The notes below the pieces were generated by a model. The model saw nothing but the letters and a program-made list of their open reading frames with translations, was not told the origin of the DNA and did not search any database. From Candidatus Oxydemutatoraceae bacterium (GTDB taxonomy: Bacteria > Pseudomonadota > Gammaproteobacteria > Poriferisulfidales > Oxydemutatoraceae), in contig OZ244779.1 of the NCBI GenBank assembly GCA_965219575.1, positions 556,769 through 620,768 on the forward strand: a DNA stretch of 64,000 nt, in the 5' to 3' direction. This document shows positions 30,036-40,263 of this stretch, one piece after another. Position numbers and translations under genes: made by a program. Every line of letters begins with the position of its first letter. Position 1 is the stretch's first letter.

Positions 30036-32732
30036 ATGGCAACAAAACTAGTATTGGTAGACGGCACCGCTTATCTATATCGTGCGTATCACGCACTGCC
30101 ACCTTTAACCGGGCCTGCAGGACAACCGACCGGGGCGGTCTTCGGCGTAGGGAAAATGTTAAAAGCACTGATTAGGCAAGAGACACCCGATTATTTTGCG
30201 GTCGTGCTCGATGCGCACGGCAAAACCTTCAGACACGAGCTGTACCCCCCGTATAAAGCGCAAAGACCACCGGCACCGGAGGATTTAATTGCCCAATCGG
30301 ATACCTTGAAATACCTCATCGAAGAGCAAGGTTACCCTTTATTGGAAGTCGCCGGTGTAGAAGCGGACGATGTCATCGGCACGCTGGCTCGCAGTGCCGA
30401 AGCGGCAGGTTGGGAGGTACTAATCTCTACCGGCGATAAAGATATGGCTCAGTTGATCTCCGAGCGTATCACCTTAGTTGATACGATGAAAAATCAACGC
30501 ATCGACTCCGATGCAATACAAAAGAAATTCGGTGTGCTACCGGAGCAGATAATCGACTACCTAGCTTTGGCAGGAGACAGTGCCGATAATATTCCCGGAG
30601 TTGTCGGTGTGGGACCTAAAACCGCGGCGAAATGGCTTTGCGAATATCAAAACCTAGACGAAGTTATCGCACACGCAGACTCCATCACCGGCAAGGGCGG
30701 CAAAGCCTTGCAAGATGCGCTGCCCAAGCTACCTCTTTATAAAGATTTGGTGACCATACGCTGCGATATAACTCTGGATCACACGATTGATCAGTTAAAA
30801 ATTACTGCGCCCGCACACGAACGGTTAATCGCTTTCTACCGTGAATACGGATTTACCCAATGGCTCAAAGAGGAATCCGACGAACCTGTCAACTCGGTCG
30901 CCGAGCCGAGCGCACCGACCGCACATCCTAAATATCAACTGATTTTGACGCAAAACACATTGGACGATTGGTTGAAAAAACTAAAGTCAGCAGACTGCTT
31001 TGCACTCGATATAGAAACGACGAGTCTGGATTATATGCAAGCGCAGATCGTGGGATTATCGTTTGCGGTTGCTGCCGGCGAAGCCGCCTATCTGCCTGTG
31101 GCACACGATTATTGCGGTGCGCCTAAGCAGTTGTCCGTGGCTTCGGTTTTAGCACAACTGCGTCCCTTATTAGAAGATCGAAAAATCGGCAAATTAGGAC
31201 ATAACCTTAAATACGATATGGAAGTACTGCTGAACTACGGCATTTGTTTACAGGGCATCAGACACGATTCTATGTTGGAGTCGTACGCCTATAATTCGGT
31301 TGCAAGCAGGCATAACCTAAAAGAGCTCGCATACAAATACCTCAATATTCGGATGCAAACATACGAAGATATCACCGGCAAAGGTGTCAAGCAGAGGCCT
31401 TTTGCACAGATTGCGGTGAGAACCGCCGCAGAATACGCCGCAGCCGATGCCGATTATAGCTTGCAACTACATGAATATTTTCACCCCCGATTGAAAAAAA
31501 CCGCACCGTTGCTTAAGGTCTACGAGGAAATAGAAATGCCGTTGTTGCCGGTAATCGCCGAGATAGAACGCACCGGCGTGTTGATCGATGCCGACCGCTT
31601 GTCCGAACACAGCCGTGAATTGCAAGAGGCAATCTCGCAAACCGAACGACAAATTTATCAACTGGCAGGACACGATTTTAATATCGCCTCACCCAAACAA
31701 ATACAAACCGTACTGTTCGACGAAGCGAAACTGCCGGTGATTAGCAAAACCCCCAAGGGCCAAGCCTCTACCTCCGAAGACGTGCTACAAGAACTCGCCC
31801 ACGACCATGAACTCCCGAGATTGATCTTGCATCACCGCTCGCTCAGCAAACTAAAATCAACCTACACCGACAAACTGCCGCAGCTGATCAATGCCGAGAC
31901 CGGGCGAGTACATACCTCTTATCACCAAGCGGTTACCTCAACCGGACGCTTATCATCGTCCGACCCCAACCTGCAAAACATTCCTATCAGAACCGCCGAA
32001 GGACGGCGCATACGCCAAGCCTTTATCGCTCGCGAAGGCTACTGCCTTATCGCCGCAGACTACTCGCAGATAGAAATGCGCATCATGGCACATGTATCCC
32101 AAGATCCGGGGCTATTGAATGTATTCCAAAAAGGTATGGATATGCACCGCGCAACCGCAGCCGAGGTCTTCGGTTGCGAACCGGAAGCGGTCGACGACGA
32201 GCAACGACGCATTGCCAAAGCCATCAACTTCGGACTGATTTACGGAATGTCGGCATTCGGTCTCGCCAGACAACTCAATATAGAGAATAGAGAAGCGGCG
32301 GATTATGTGAAAACCTATTTTGAGCGGTTTGCCGGTGTGCGCACCTATATGGACGACACGCGTAAACAAGCACGCAAACAAGGTTATGTGGAAACCATCA
32401 TCGGTCGGCGGTTGTATTTGCCGGAAATCAACGCCAAGGATGCTCGCCGTAGACGCTACGCCGAGCGCACCGCAATCAATGCGCCGATGCAAGGGTCGGC
32501 TGCCGATATCATCAAACGAGCGATGATACGCATTGCCGAACAATTCAAGGACAACCCGAACGATGCGGTGATGATTATGCAGGTACACGATGAGCTGATT
32601 ATAGAAGTGGCAGAACCGCATGCCGACGATGTAATGAACAAATGCTGTGACTTGATGGAGTCGGCGGCGGAACTTTCGGTGCCGCTAAAAGTCAACGCAA
32701 GTATCGGCAATAATTGGGACGAGGCGCACTAG
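30036..32732 (+). CDS. polA: DNA polymerase I
   Basis: 5'-3' exonuclease (EADDVIG), 3'-5' exonuclease (DIET) and PolA motifs DYSQIE, KAINFGLIYG, QVHDEL. Confidence 0.98.
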   Translation: MATKLVLVDGTAYLYRAYHALPPLTGPAGQPTGAVFGVGKMLKALIRQETPDYFAVVLDAHGKTFRHELYPPYKAQRPPAPEDLIAQSDTLKYLIEEQGYPLLEVAGVEADDVIGTLARSAEAAGWEVLISTGDKDMAQLISERITLVDTMKNQRIDSDAIQKKFGVLPEQIIDYLALAGDSADNIPGVVGVGPKTAAKWLCEYQNLDEVIAHADSITGKGGKALQDALPKLPLYKDLVTIRCDITLDHTIDQLKITAPAHERLIAFYREYGFTQWLKEESDEPVNSVAEPSAPTAHPKYQLILTQNTLDDWLKKLKSADCFALDIETTSLDYMQAQIVGLSFAVAAGEAAYLPVAHDYCGAPKQLSVASVLAQLRPLLEDRKIGKLGHNLKYDMEVLLNYGICLQGIRHDSMLESYAYNSVASRHNLKELAYKYLNIRMQTYEDITGKGVKQRPFAQIAVRTAAEYAAADADYSLQLHEYFHPRLKKTAPLLKVYEEIEMPLLPVIAEIERTGVLIDADRLSEHSRELQEAISQTERQIYQLAGHDFNIASPKQIQTVLFDEAKLPVISKTPKGQASTSEDVLQELAHDHELPRLILHHRSLSKLKSTYTDKLPQLINAETGRVHTSYHQAVTSTGRLSSSDPNLQNIPIRTAEGRRIRQAFIAREGYCLIAADYSQIEMRIMAHVSQDPGLLNVFQKGMDMHRATAAEVFGCEPEAVDDEQRRIAKAINFGLIYGMSAFGLARQLNIENREAADYVKTYFERFAGVRTYMDDTRKQARKQGYVETIIGRRLYLPEINAKDARRRRYAERTAINAPMQGSAADIIKRAMIRIAEQFKDNPNDAVMIMQVHDELIIEVAEPHADDVMNKCCDLMESAAELSVPLKVNASIGNNWDEAH

Positions 32733-32865
32733 CGATTCTGCATCAAAACATTCTACTCACTGTACAGATGCGACATAAATAAGCGGGCATTCTCAGGAGA
32801 GCAAGTCAAACAATAGAGTACAATAAACGGTCACTAAAAGTACTTATACAGAAAAATTCATTTTC

Positions 32866-33696
32866 ATGATAATTTCCCACAAATTGCAAGTCATATTTAT
32901 AAAACCATACAAAGTTAGTGGTTCGTCGTTTGAAATAGCACTGAGAAGTTATTGCGGTAAAGGTGATATATCATCACGGCCCGGTAGAGGGATTTATAAA
33001 GATATGTTCACGGATCATTATAACGGCGAACATTTAACATATCATATTTCTGCTGAGATGCTAAGATCTAAAATACCGGATAATATCTGGAATAATTACC
33101 TTAAAGTGTCCATTGTCCGAGATATTTACGATGCTATTATTTCTTTATACTATTATCACCATAATAGCCGAGAGTTTAGAGGATTTTTCCCGAAGAATTT
33201 TAATAAATACGTTTTGACGGCAGGAATTAGACACATAGAGGCAAATTTTTCAAACCTCTGTATTGATGGACGATGCGTCATTGATTTTATTATTAGATAT
33301 GAAAATGCAGACGAGGACATTAAGGCTTTGGAAGAGAAAATAGGCTGTGTCGGCTTAGCAAATATCTATAAATCTACGAGTGTTAACGTAAAAACTCGTG
33401 TTCCCGGACAAGATAGTGTCAAAGTTTATTCACAGTATCCGGTAGCGAGAACACTAATCGACATGTATTTTTCCCAAGCTATAAGCGATAACGAGCTTAT
33501 TCAGAAATACTACCCGTTGTATAAAGAAAGGTTAAGCCGAAAAATTCCAGAACCGGGATATCTTTCCGGAAAAACAGCGAGACTACTATTTTCTTTATAT
33601 AATTATAGAAAGTATCCGGCTCTAAAATGGTATTTCAGACAAAGAAACCGTTTTCGTCGCCCTTCTTTTTTACGGCGCAAAGTCAAGTTAGTCTAA
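32866..33696 (+). CDS. Sulfotransferase family 2-like protein, copy 1
   Basis: MIISHK..IFIKPYKVSGSSFE (PAPS loop), SIVRD.YD..IS and DFIIRYEN. Confidence 0.75.
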   Translation: MIISHKLQVIFIKPYKVSGSSFEIALRSYCGKGDISSRPGRGIYKDMFTDHYNGEHLTYHISAEMLRSKIPDNIWNNYLKVSIVRDIYDAIISLYYYHHNSREFRGFFPKNFNKYVLTAGIRHIEANFSNLCIDGRCVIDFIIRYENADEDIKALEEKIGCVGLANIYKSTSVNVKTRVPGQDSVKVYSQYPVARTLIDMYFSQAISDNELIQKYYPLYKERLSRKIPEPGYLSGKTARLLFSLYNYRKYPALKWYFRQRNRFRRPSFLRRKVKLV

Positions 33697-34051
33697 GACA
33701 TTCTTGAAAACCATTAGCCGGATAACATAGTTACGTTCCCCCATTTGTCCAATATGTCATGGCATCGTACAATTACTCTATAAATATGCTAATATACCAA
33801 CTTGGTAATACTTGAGAGCTAAAATGTTTATTTTAATGAAAATTAATATCAATGCCGTGCTACAGCACGGCGAGTTTCTGCGTCAAGTGCAGGAGCATCA
33901 GACCAAATCTTGCGATAAAGGCCGGTATGGCCGGCCGTAAGCCGTCTCAGACCACTGCGCTGGATGCAATCCTAGAAGTTGCCCAAAAGTACAAAAAAGA
34001 GGTCTTAGCGGCCGCTGAAAAAAGTTAGTATATCGGCGAAGTTTTTGGATC

Positions 34052-34079
34052 AGTGTGAATAAGCGTTTTTATGTAAAAT
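34052..34079 (+). other. dif-like XerC/XerD site
   Basis: AGTGTGAATAA-GCGTTT-TTATGTAAAAT matches the E. coli dif arms at 8/11 and 10/11 with the correct 6-nt spacer. Confidence 0.55.
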
Positions 34080-34143
34080 CACGATCGCCGAAGTTATGCA
34101 CCGATTATAATAGTAAGTTACAGACAATAAAAGGAGATTAAAA

Positions 34144-34350
34144 ATGTCAGAAATCGCACTTTACAATGCACTAACAAAGTTAGGGTTAGACCATGACGAA
34201 GCAAAGGAAACGGTTGCCGATATTGCTAGCGCAAAGGATGTGGCAACGAAGGTAGATTTAGCAAACTTGGAGACAAGGCTAACCCAGCGTATTTATGCGG
34301 CAGTTGGGATAATTCTTGCCGGTATCGGATTGATGATTAAGTTTTTATGA
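34144..34350 (+). CDS. Small coiled-coil + TM protein (DUF1640/CCDC90-like)
   Basis: AAGGAG RBS, VATKVDL..LETRL and a C-terminal TM helix. Confidence 0.75.
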   Translation: MSEIALYNALTKLGLDHDEAKETVADIASAKDVATKVDLANLETRLTQRIYAAVGIILAGIGLMIKFL

Positions 34351-34445
34351 ATAGGATTGCCGGCAAAGAGAACCAAAAAATAAACTAATTAGCAATAGTA
34401 AAAAGCCTGTTTGCAAAAAGCGCGAGGTTATTATACTGAAAAAAA

Positions 34446-34540
34446 AGATCTTCCCCCAAATAGTAGACTAATTTTTATGCCCCCTTTGTGATAGATTTTT
34501 CATAATCTACGGAACACATATAGCCCAGTGTAGAATGCAC
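34446..34540 (-). mobile_element. IS3-family 3' end remnant
   Basis: The minus strand encodes VHSTLGYMCSVDYEK..* (IS3 transposase C-terminal HSxLGY motif), followed by the IR-like agtctactatttgggggaagatc. Confidence 0.65.
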
Positions 34541-34624
34541 CCCACCATGGGAGGAGGATAAAACGGTACATATGCGCTATTGGTGATAAAATACGGCACT
34601 AAACATTCACAGCGAAGTTAAACA

Positions 34625-34808
34625 ATGCATTCCGTAGCGATCATAGGTGGTACCGGCTACACAGGGTACGAATTGATGCGTATTTTGGTGCGTCATCCGC
34701 ATATTAAACTTGGTCAAGTTGTATCTCGTAGCAAGGCGGGTTGCGCCATAGCAGAAGTATTCCCTAAAATGAAGGGGCATACCGATTTGTGCTATACGCA
34801 AAGTTTTG
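34625..34808 (+). pseudogene. argC: Truncated duplicate of the argC 5' end (about 61 codons; upstream region also duplicated from about 34540)
   Basis: Near-identical to 36014-36197; breaks after YTQSF. Confidence 0.9.
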
Positions 34809-34897
34809 GCCCTCAAGATGGGGGAAGGTTACTGTTGTTTACTAATTTAACTGAGGATCTCATCGTTGTCATAGCCCAGTTTTTTGGGGTGAGGTCA
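34809..34897. mobile_element. Two IS3-like terminal inverted-repeat remnants
   Basis: Reverse complements read TAACCTTCCCCCATCTTGAGGGC and TGACCTCACCCCAAAAAACTGGGCT, resembling IS3-family TGA..CCCC ends. Confidence 0.5.
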
Positions 34898-34931
34898 CAG
34901 CGGATTTAGGGATACAGAAAAATTCATTCTT

Positions 34932-35759
34932 ATGATAATTTCCCACAAATTGCAAGTCATATTTATAAAACCATACAAAGTTAGTGGTTCGTCATTTGAA
35001 ACAGCACTGAGAAGTTATTGCGGTAAAGGTGATATATCATCATGGCTTGATAGAGGGATTAAGGATATGTTCACGGATCATTATAATGGCGAACATTTAA
35101 AGTTTCATATTTCTTCTGAGATGCTAAGATCTAAAATACCGGATAATATCTGGAATAATTACCTTAAAGTATCCTTTGTCCGAGATATTTACGATGTTAT
35201 TATTTCTTCATACTGTTATCACCATAATGACCGAGGGTTTAGAGGACTTTTCCCGAAGAATTTTAATAAATACCTTTTGAGAATAGGGATTAGACACGCA
35301 CAGAGAAATTTTTCAAACCTCTGCATTGATGGACGATGCGTCATTGATTTTATTATTAGATATGAAAATGCAGACGAGGACATTAAGACTTTGGAAGAGA
35401 AAATAGGTTGTATCGGCTTACTAAACAAATATCAATCTATGCGTATTTTCAGAGACTTTCGTGCTCCCGGGCAGGATAGTGTAAAAGTTTATTCCCGGTA
35501 TCCGGTGGCGAGAGCACTAATCGACATGCATTTTTCCCAAGCTATGAACGATAACGAGCTTATTCAAAAATACTACCCGCTGTATAAAGAAAGGTTAGGC
35601 GGAAAAATTCCGGAACCGGGATATCTTCCCAGAAAAACAGCGAGACTACTACTTTCTTTATATAATTATAGAAAGTATCCGGTTCTAAGAGAGTATTTCA
35701 GGGGAACAAACCATTCTCGTCACATTTCCTCTTCACAGTCCAAAGTCAAGTTAGTCTAA
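34932..35759 (+). CDS. Sulfotransferase family 2-like protein, copy 2
   Basis: Full-length paralogue of 32866-33696. Confidence 0.75.
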   Translation: MIISHKLQVIFIKPYKVSGSSFETALRSYCGKGDISSWLDRGIKDMFTDHYNGEHLKFHISSEMLRSKIPDNIWNNYLKVSFVRDIYDVIISSYCYHHNDRGFRGLFPKNFNKYLLRIGIRHAQRNFSNLCIDGRCVIDFIIRYENADEDIKTLEEKIGCIGLLNKYQSMRIFRDFRAPGQDSVKVYSRYPVARALIDMHFSQAMNDNELIQKYYPLYKERLGGKIPEPGYLPRKTARLLLSLYNYRKYPVLREYFRGTNHSRHISSSQSKVKLV

Positions 35760-35799
35760 AAAATTTTTGAAAACCATTAGTCGGGTAACATAGAGCGGT

Positions 35800-35950
35800 A
35801 TAGAGCCGCCGATTGAGCCGGTAGGTCAATCGCCAATTATGATGTCCGCCCGACAGGTCAGTCGGCGTGACATTGTGCAGAACTTCAGCATGATTGCTAA
35901 ACGGATACATTGCAGAATGCATAAGCCACCTCACCACAGGCGAGGAATAA
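35800..35950. repeat. Modular repeat locus 9: hairpin D, gtgacattgtgcagaac module and degenerate A
   Basis: Matches 13090-13205. Confidence 0.8.
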
Positions 35951-36013
35951 AACGGCGTGTATGCGCTATTGGTGATAAAATACGGCACTAAACATTCACA
36001 GCGAAGTTAAACA

Positions 36014-37033
36014 ATGTATTCCGTAGCGATCATAGGCGGTACCGGCTACACAGGGTACGAATTGATGCGTATTTTGGTGCGTCATCCGCATATTAAACTT
36101 GGTCAAGTTGTATCTCGTAGCAAGGCGGGTTGCGCCATAGCAGAAGTATTTCCCAAAATGAAGGGGCATACCGATTTGTGCTATACGCAAAGTTTTGATC
36201 CCGACCTCGGTGCCGATTTAGTATTTTTCGCGACACCGAACGGAACGGCAATGAAGCAAGCCGAAATGTTGCTCGATTCGGGAATACGTATCGTAGATTT
36301 GGCAGCGGATTTTAGATTGAGCGACGCAGACGAATGGAAGCATTGGTACGGAGAGGGTCATGCCTGCCCACATTTATTGGAGAAAGCAATCTACGGTCTA
36401 AGCGAAATGAATCGCAACCCTATTGCCGATGCGACTTTGGTGGCTAACCCGGGCTGTTATCCGACTTCGGTGATACTCGGCTTAAAGCCTTTGATAGAAT
36501 CGGGCTATGCCGACATTTCATGTTTGATAGCCGATTCAAAATCGGGTGTAAGCGGGGCAGGTCGTCAAGCGAGTGTGGAATTGCTATTCGGAGAATGTAG
36601 CGAAAACTTTAGAGCCTACAAAGCCTCCGCCCACAGGCACTGGCCGGAAATCAGCCAACAATTATGCCAAATCGCCGGTGCCGAAGTCGGATTCAGCTTT
36701 ACGCCCCACTTGCTACCGATTTTCCGTGGTTTGCAATCGAGCCTGTATATTAAGACGGCTGCCGAGTTATCGGAACTTCAGCACTGTTTAGAGCAGGCTT
36801 ATGCAGATGAACCTTTCGTACGGGTCATGCCACCCGATAGTCATCCACAAACCCGAGATGTGAGCGGCACCAATGTGTGTTTGCTTGCGGTGCATAAACC
36901 GCAATACGGGAATATTGCAGTCGTGTTTTCGGTAATCGATAATTTAATCAAGGGGGCTGCCGGTCAGGCGGTGCAGAATATGAATTTGATGTTCGGCATA
37001 GATGAAACGGCAGGGCTTGTTGATTTATACTAA
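36014..37033 (+). CDS. argC: N-acetyl-gamma-glutamyl-phosphate reductase
   Basis: GGTGYTG, ANPGCYPT, SGVSGAG and DNLIKGAAGQAVQNMN. Confidence 0.97.
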   Translation: MYSVAIIGGTGYTGYELMRILVRHPHIKLGQVVSRSKAGCAIAEVFPKMKGHTDLCYTQSFDPDLGADLVFFATPNGTAMKQAEMLLDSGIRIVDLAADFRLSDADEWKHWYGEGHACPHLLEKAIYGLSEMNRNPIADATLVANPGCYPTSVILGLKPLIESGYADISCLIADSKSGVSGAGRQASVELLFGECSENFRAYKASAHRHWPEISQQLCQIAGAEVGFSFTPHLLPIFRGLQSSLYIKTAAELSELQHCLEQAYADEPFVRVMPPDSHPQTRDVSGTNVCLLAVHKPQYGNIAVVFSVIDNLIKGAAGQAVQNMNLMFGIDETAGLVDLY

Positions 37034-37060
37034 AAGTCTATATCGTTCAAAGAGGAATAT

Positions 37061-39334
37061 GTGAAATACCGAACAGTCGCCAAGAGATCAAAATCTACCG
37101 CAAACATCTCGGGACACGATTCGATGTATCTGCGCAAAGGCAGTGGCTGGTTGCTTATTTTCGTAGGTATGTATTTTCTACTCTCGATGTTGAGTTATCG
37201 AGCGGACGACCCGTCGTGGGCAAACAATATCGGTATGGACGAGACGCAAAACTTGGGAGGGATCGTCGGCGCATGGGTTGCTTATACTTTTTATTTTCTT
37301 TTCGGGATGCCGGCACTCGTGCTGTTGCCGATGGCTATTTTTTCGAGTGCCCGCCGCTTATTCAACCCTAGCCACACACAGCTTTCTATATGGAATAGGC
37401 ATCTAATCATTTGGTTGGCGGCGTTGCTGGCGATAATCGCATGTTGTGGATTGGCAACCTTACATTTTGTCGCACCCGATCTTCCTACCAGTAGCGGCGG
37501 TCGGCTGGGTGAATTGGTTATACAAAGTTTTTTTCCGCTCTTCGGCATGATAGGTTCCACCGTGTTATTGCTGGGTTTGATCGTGGCTAGCCTGACGGTG
37601 ATGGTGGATATCGCATGGCTGAAGATAGCGGATGCGGTCGGTTTGGCTTTATTCTCGATCGCGCAATGGTTCGTAGATACCAAGCGGTGGATGCAAAGCC
37701 GTCTACTGGTTCACGAACGCTCCGTGGAACGCAGCCGAATAGTTTCAAAACGCAAGCAAAAACTCGTCAACAGAACCCCGCCCAAAATAGGGAATATGCT
37801 CAACAGCCTGTCGCCCGGCACAAAAAGTACGAAAAAACAACAAATCACATTGCCGATCGAAGGAGGGGAGGAATTACCTCCGTTGAGTCTACTGGATCGA
37901 GAAACAGCATCGGTCTCGAGTTACTCTAAAGACGAACTGGAAAAACTTGCCAGACAACTTGAAATTAAATTAGAAGATTTCGGCATTGGATCTCGAGTGA
38001 CCGAGGCACAGCCCGGTCCTGTGGTAACCCGTTTTGAAGTTGTACCGTCTCCCGGCACCAAAGCGAGCAGTATCAGCAACCTCCAGAAAGACCTTGCGCG
38101 ATCTTTATTGCTCCCCAGCATCCGAGTAGTGGAAGTGATTCCGGGGAAATCGTCGGTCGGCATAGAAGTGCCGAATAGAACGCGTTTGGTTGTCAAATTC
38201 GGTGAACTCTTGCAATCCGAAGAGTACGAGAAACAGCACTCGCCGTTAACGCTCGCCTTAGGCAAGGATGTTGCAGGTCAAGCGATATTCATCGATTTAG
38301 AAAAATTACCCCACCTGCTGGTTGCCGGCACCACCGGTTCGGGCAAATCGGTTGCGGTACATTCTATGCTGGCAAGCCTATTATTTCGTAATCTCCCCTC
38401 GCAAGTCCGTTTGATTTTGGTAGACCCTAAAATGCTCGAACTCAAATCGTACGAAGATATCCCGCATTTATTGTTACCTCTGATTACCGATATGCAGGAA
38501 GCCGCCGGTGCCTTACGGTGGGCGGTTGCCGAAATGGAACGTCGCTACCGCCTTATGGCAGCACTCAATGTACGCAATATCACATCGTATAATAATAAAG
38601 TTACTAAGGCTAAAAAAAGAAAGGAACCAATTGCCGACCCGCTCTTCAAGAGCGAAGACGAAGCCGCAACAGCCCCACCACTCGACGAGATACCGTATAT
38701 CGTCATCGTCATCGATGAATTCGCCGATATGATTATGATGGTGGGCAAGAAAGTAGAGGAACTGATTATCCGACTGGCTCAAAAAGCACGCGCCGCAGGA
38801 ATACATCTGGTACTGGCTACACAAAGACCTTCGGTCGATATTATTACCGGTTTGGTCAAAGCGAATGTGCCGGCGAGAATAGCATTTCAAGTTTCCTCAA
38901 AGGTCGATTCGCGCACCATATTGGATCAAAACGGTGCCGAGCAACTGCTGGGGCAAGGCGATATGCTATGTCTGATGCCGAGCTACGCAACGCCGATGCG
39001 CGTACACGGTGCTTTCATATCGGATAGCGAAGTGCAAGCGGTCACCGACTTTTTACGCAAACAAGGCGAGCCGTATTATATAGAAAGCCTAAATACATCG
39101 GACAACGGGGTGGCCTCCTTTGATACCGGCGAAACCGAAGACCCGCTCTACAAACAAGCGGTGGAAATCGTAACCGAATCGGGCAAGGCATCTATCTCTC
39201 ATCTACAACGCCGCCTCAAAATAGGTTATAACCGAGCGGCGCGCATGATAGAAGAAATGGAGAGTGCCAAGATAGTTTCCAGCATACAATCGAGCGGATC
39301 TCGCGAAGTATTGGTCTCGTCGTCTAGAAAATGA
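37061..39334 (+). CDS. ftsK: DNA translocase FtsK
   Basis: 4TM N-terminus, HLLVAGTTGSGKS, LATQRPSVD and gamma domain QRRLKIGYNRAAR. Confidence 0.97.
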   Translation: MKYRTVAKRSKSTANISGHDSMYLRKGSGWLLIFVGMYFLLSMLSYRADDPSWANNIGMDETQNLGGIVGAWVAYTFYFLFGMPALVLLPMAIFSSARRLFNPSHTQLSIWNRHLIIWLAALLAIIACCGLATLHFVAPDLPTSSGGRLGELVIQSFFPLFGMIGSTVLLLGLIVASLTVMVDIAWLKIADAVGLALFSIAQWFVDTKRWMQSRLLVHERSVERSRIVSKRKQKLVNRTPPKIGNMLNSLSPGTKSTKKQQITLPIEGGEELPPLSLLDRETASVSSYSKDELEKLARQLEIKLEDFGIGSRVTEAQPGPVVTRFEVVPSPGTKASSISNLQKDLARSLLLPSIRVVEVIPGKSSVGIEVPNRTRLVVKFGELLQSEEYEKQHSPLTLALGKDVAGQAIFIDLEKLPHLLVAGTTGSGKSVAVHSMLASLLFRNLPSQVRLILVDPKMLELKSYEDIPHLLLPLITDMQEAAGALRWAVAEMERRYRLMAALNVRNITSYNNKVTKAKKRKEPIADPLFKSEDEAATAPPLDEIPYIVIVIDEFADMIMMVGKKVEELIIRLAQKARAAGIHLVLATQRPSVDIITGLVKANVPARIAFQVSSKVDSRTILDQNGAEQLLGQGDMLCLMPSYATPMRVHGAFISDSEVQAVTDFLRKQGEPYYIESLNTSDNGVASFDTGETEDPLYKQAVEIVTESGKASISHLQRRLKIGYNRAARMIEEMESAKIVSSIQSSGSREVLVSSSRK

Positions 39335-39966
39335 TGAAGCGATATATTAAGGCTGCTTGCCTCGTTTGTTTGTTCGTTATCTTTGTGCCTGCACGCGCCG
39401 ACAATTTGGCTGCTTTGGATGTTTTTTTCAAATCCGAGACTTTTCGCGCCAATTTCGATCAGGAAGTTTATAGTTCGGAGGGGCAAAAAATCGACGAGTC
39501 CAAAGGATTCACCTTGTTTCATAGGCCCGGCCGCTTTCGTTGGGAATATGTCTCCCCGGAACCTTATCTGATTTTGACCGACGGCTTAAGTCTGCTTATC
39601 TACGATGTGCCGTTAAAACAAGCGTATTTGCGCCCTACACTCAACACGCTGGGAAAAGCACCGCTGATGCTCCTTTTGGATAAGCGTACTGCGGTTGACG
39701 ATTTTTATATAGACATCATAGCCGACAACGCCTACCCGAACATAGAGGGGGTGAGTTGGCTGAGGTTGGTGCCCAAAGTAGACGACACCGACTTTGTTTA
39801 TTTCGATATAGGGTTTGAGGGAGAGCGTCTATCGCATTTAATACTCTACGACCACTTCGATCAATACACTCAGATCCGTTTTTACGATATACAAACAAAC
39901 CCAGAATTTAAGAAAGACTATTTCCGTATCGAGCTACCGGAAGATGTAGATGTGATTCGGAATTGA
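39331..39966 (+). CDS. lolA: Outer-membrane lipoprotein chaperone LolA
   Basis: A.F.Q and RPGRFRWEY motifs; follows ftsK. Confidence 0.92.
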   Translation: MMKRYIKAACLVCLFVIFVPARADNLAALDVFFKSETFRANFDQEVYSSEGQKIDESKGFTLFHRPGRFRWEYVSPEPYLILTDGLSLLIYDVPLKQAYLRPTLNTLGKAPLMLLLDKRTAVDDFYIDIIADNAYPNIEGVSWLRLVPKVDDTDFVYFDIGFEGERLSHLILYDHFDQYTQIRFYDIQTNPEFKKDYFRIELPEDVDVIRN

Positions 39967-40022
39967 AGCTGTGAGGCTATAAAAAATAGAACCACCACTT
40001 GTTGCAGTAGCACAAGTGGCGT

Positions 40023-40230
40023 GGGGCTGTTGAAAAAGTATCGTCAGCGTGCAACCGTAACCGCTTGCGCCGTGAATATTTGCAAACCACCCGTAGGGGC
40101 GGACTAGCATGTCCGCCCGTAACGCGTTGTGCCTACACGATTTATACATTCATCCATCCAATTTATGGAAACCAAAACCAAATGGCGCAAGTGATTGGAT
40201 TCGTACGATGCCGCACTTTTTCAACAGCCC
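40023..40230. mobile_element. Repeat locus 10: 208-bp MITE-like element
   Basis: gggctgttgaaaaagt ... actttttcaacagccc with inner arms and a single REP. Confidence 0.85.
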
Positions 40231-40263
40231 TGCGTGACGTTATAAGGTAGGCTTACAGTGTAA

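Noticed and set aside
34809-34909. Novel ArgC fusion protein (94-aa ORF)
   Set aside because: The tail is read-through into IS-end remnants after truncation and lacks the catalytic domain.
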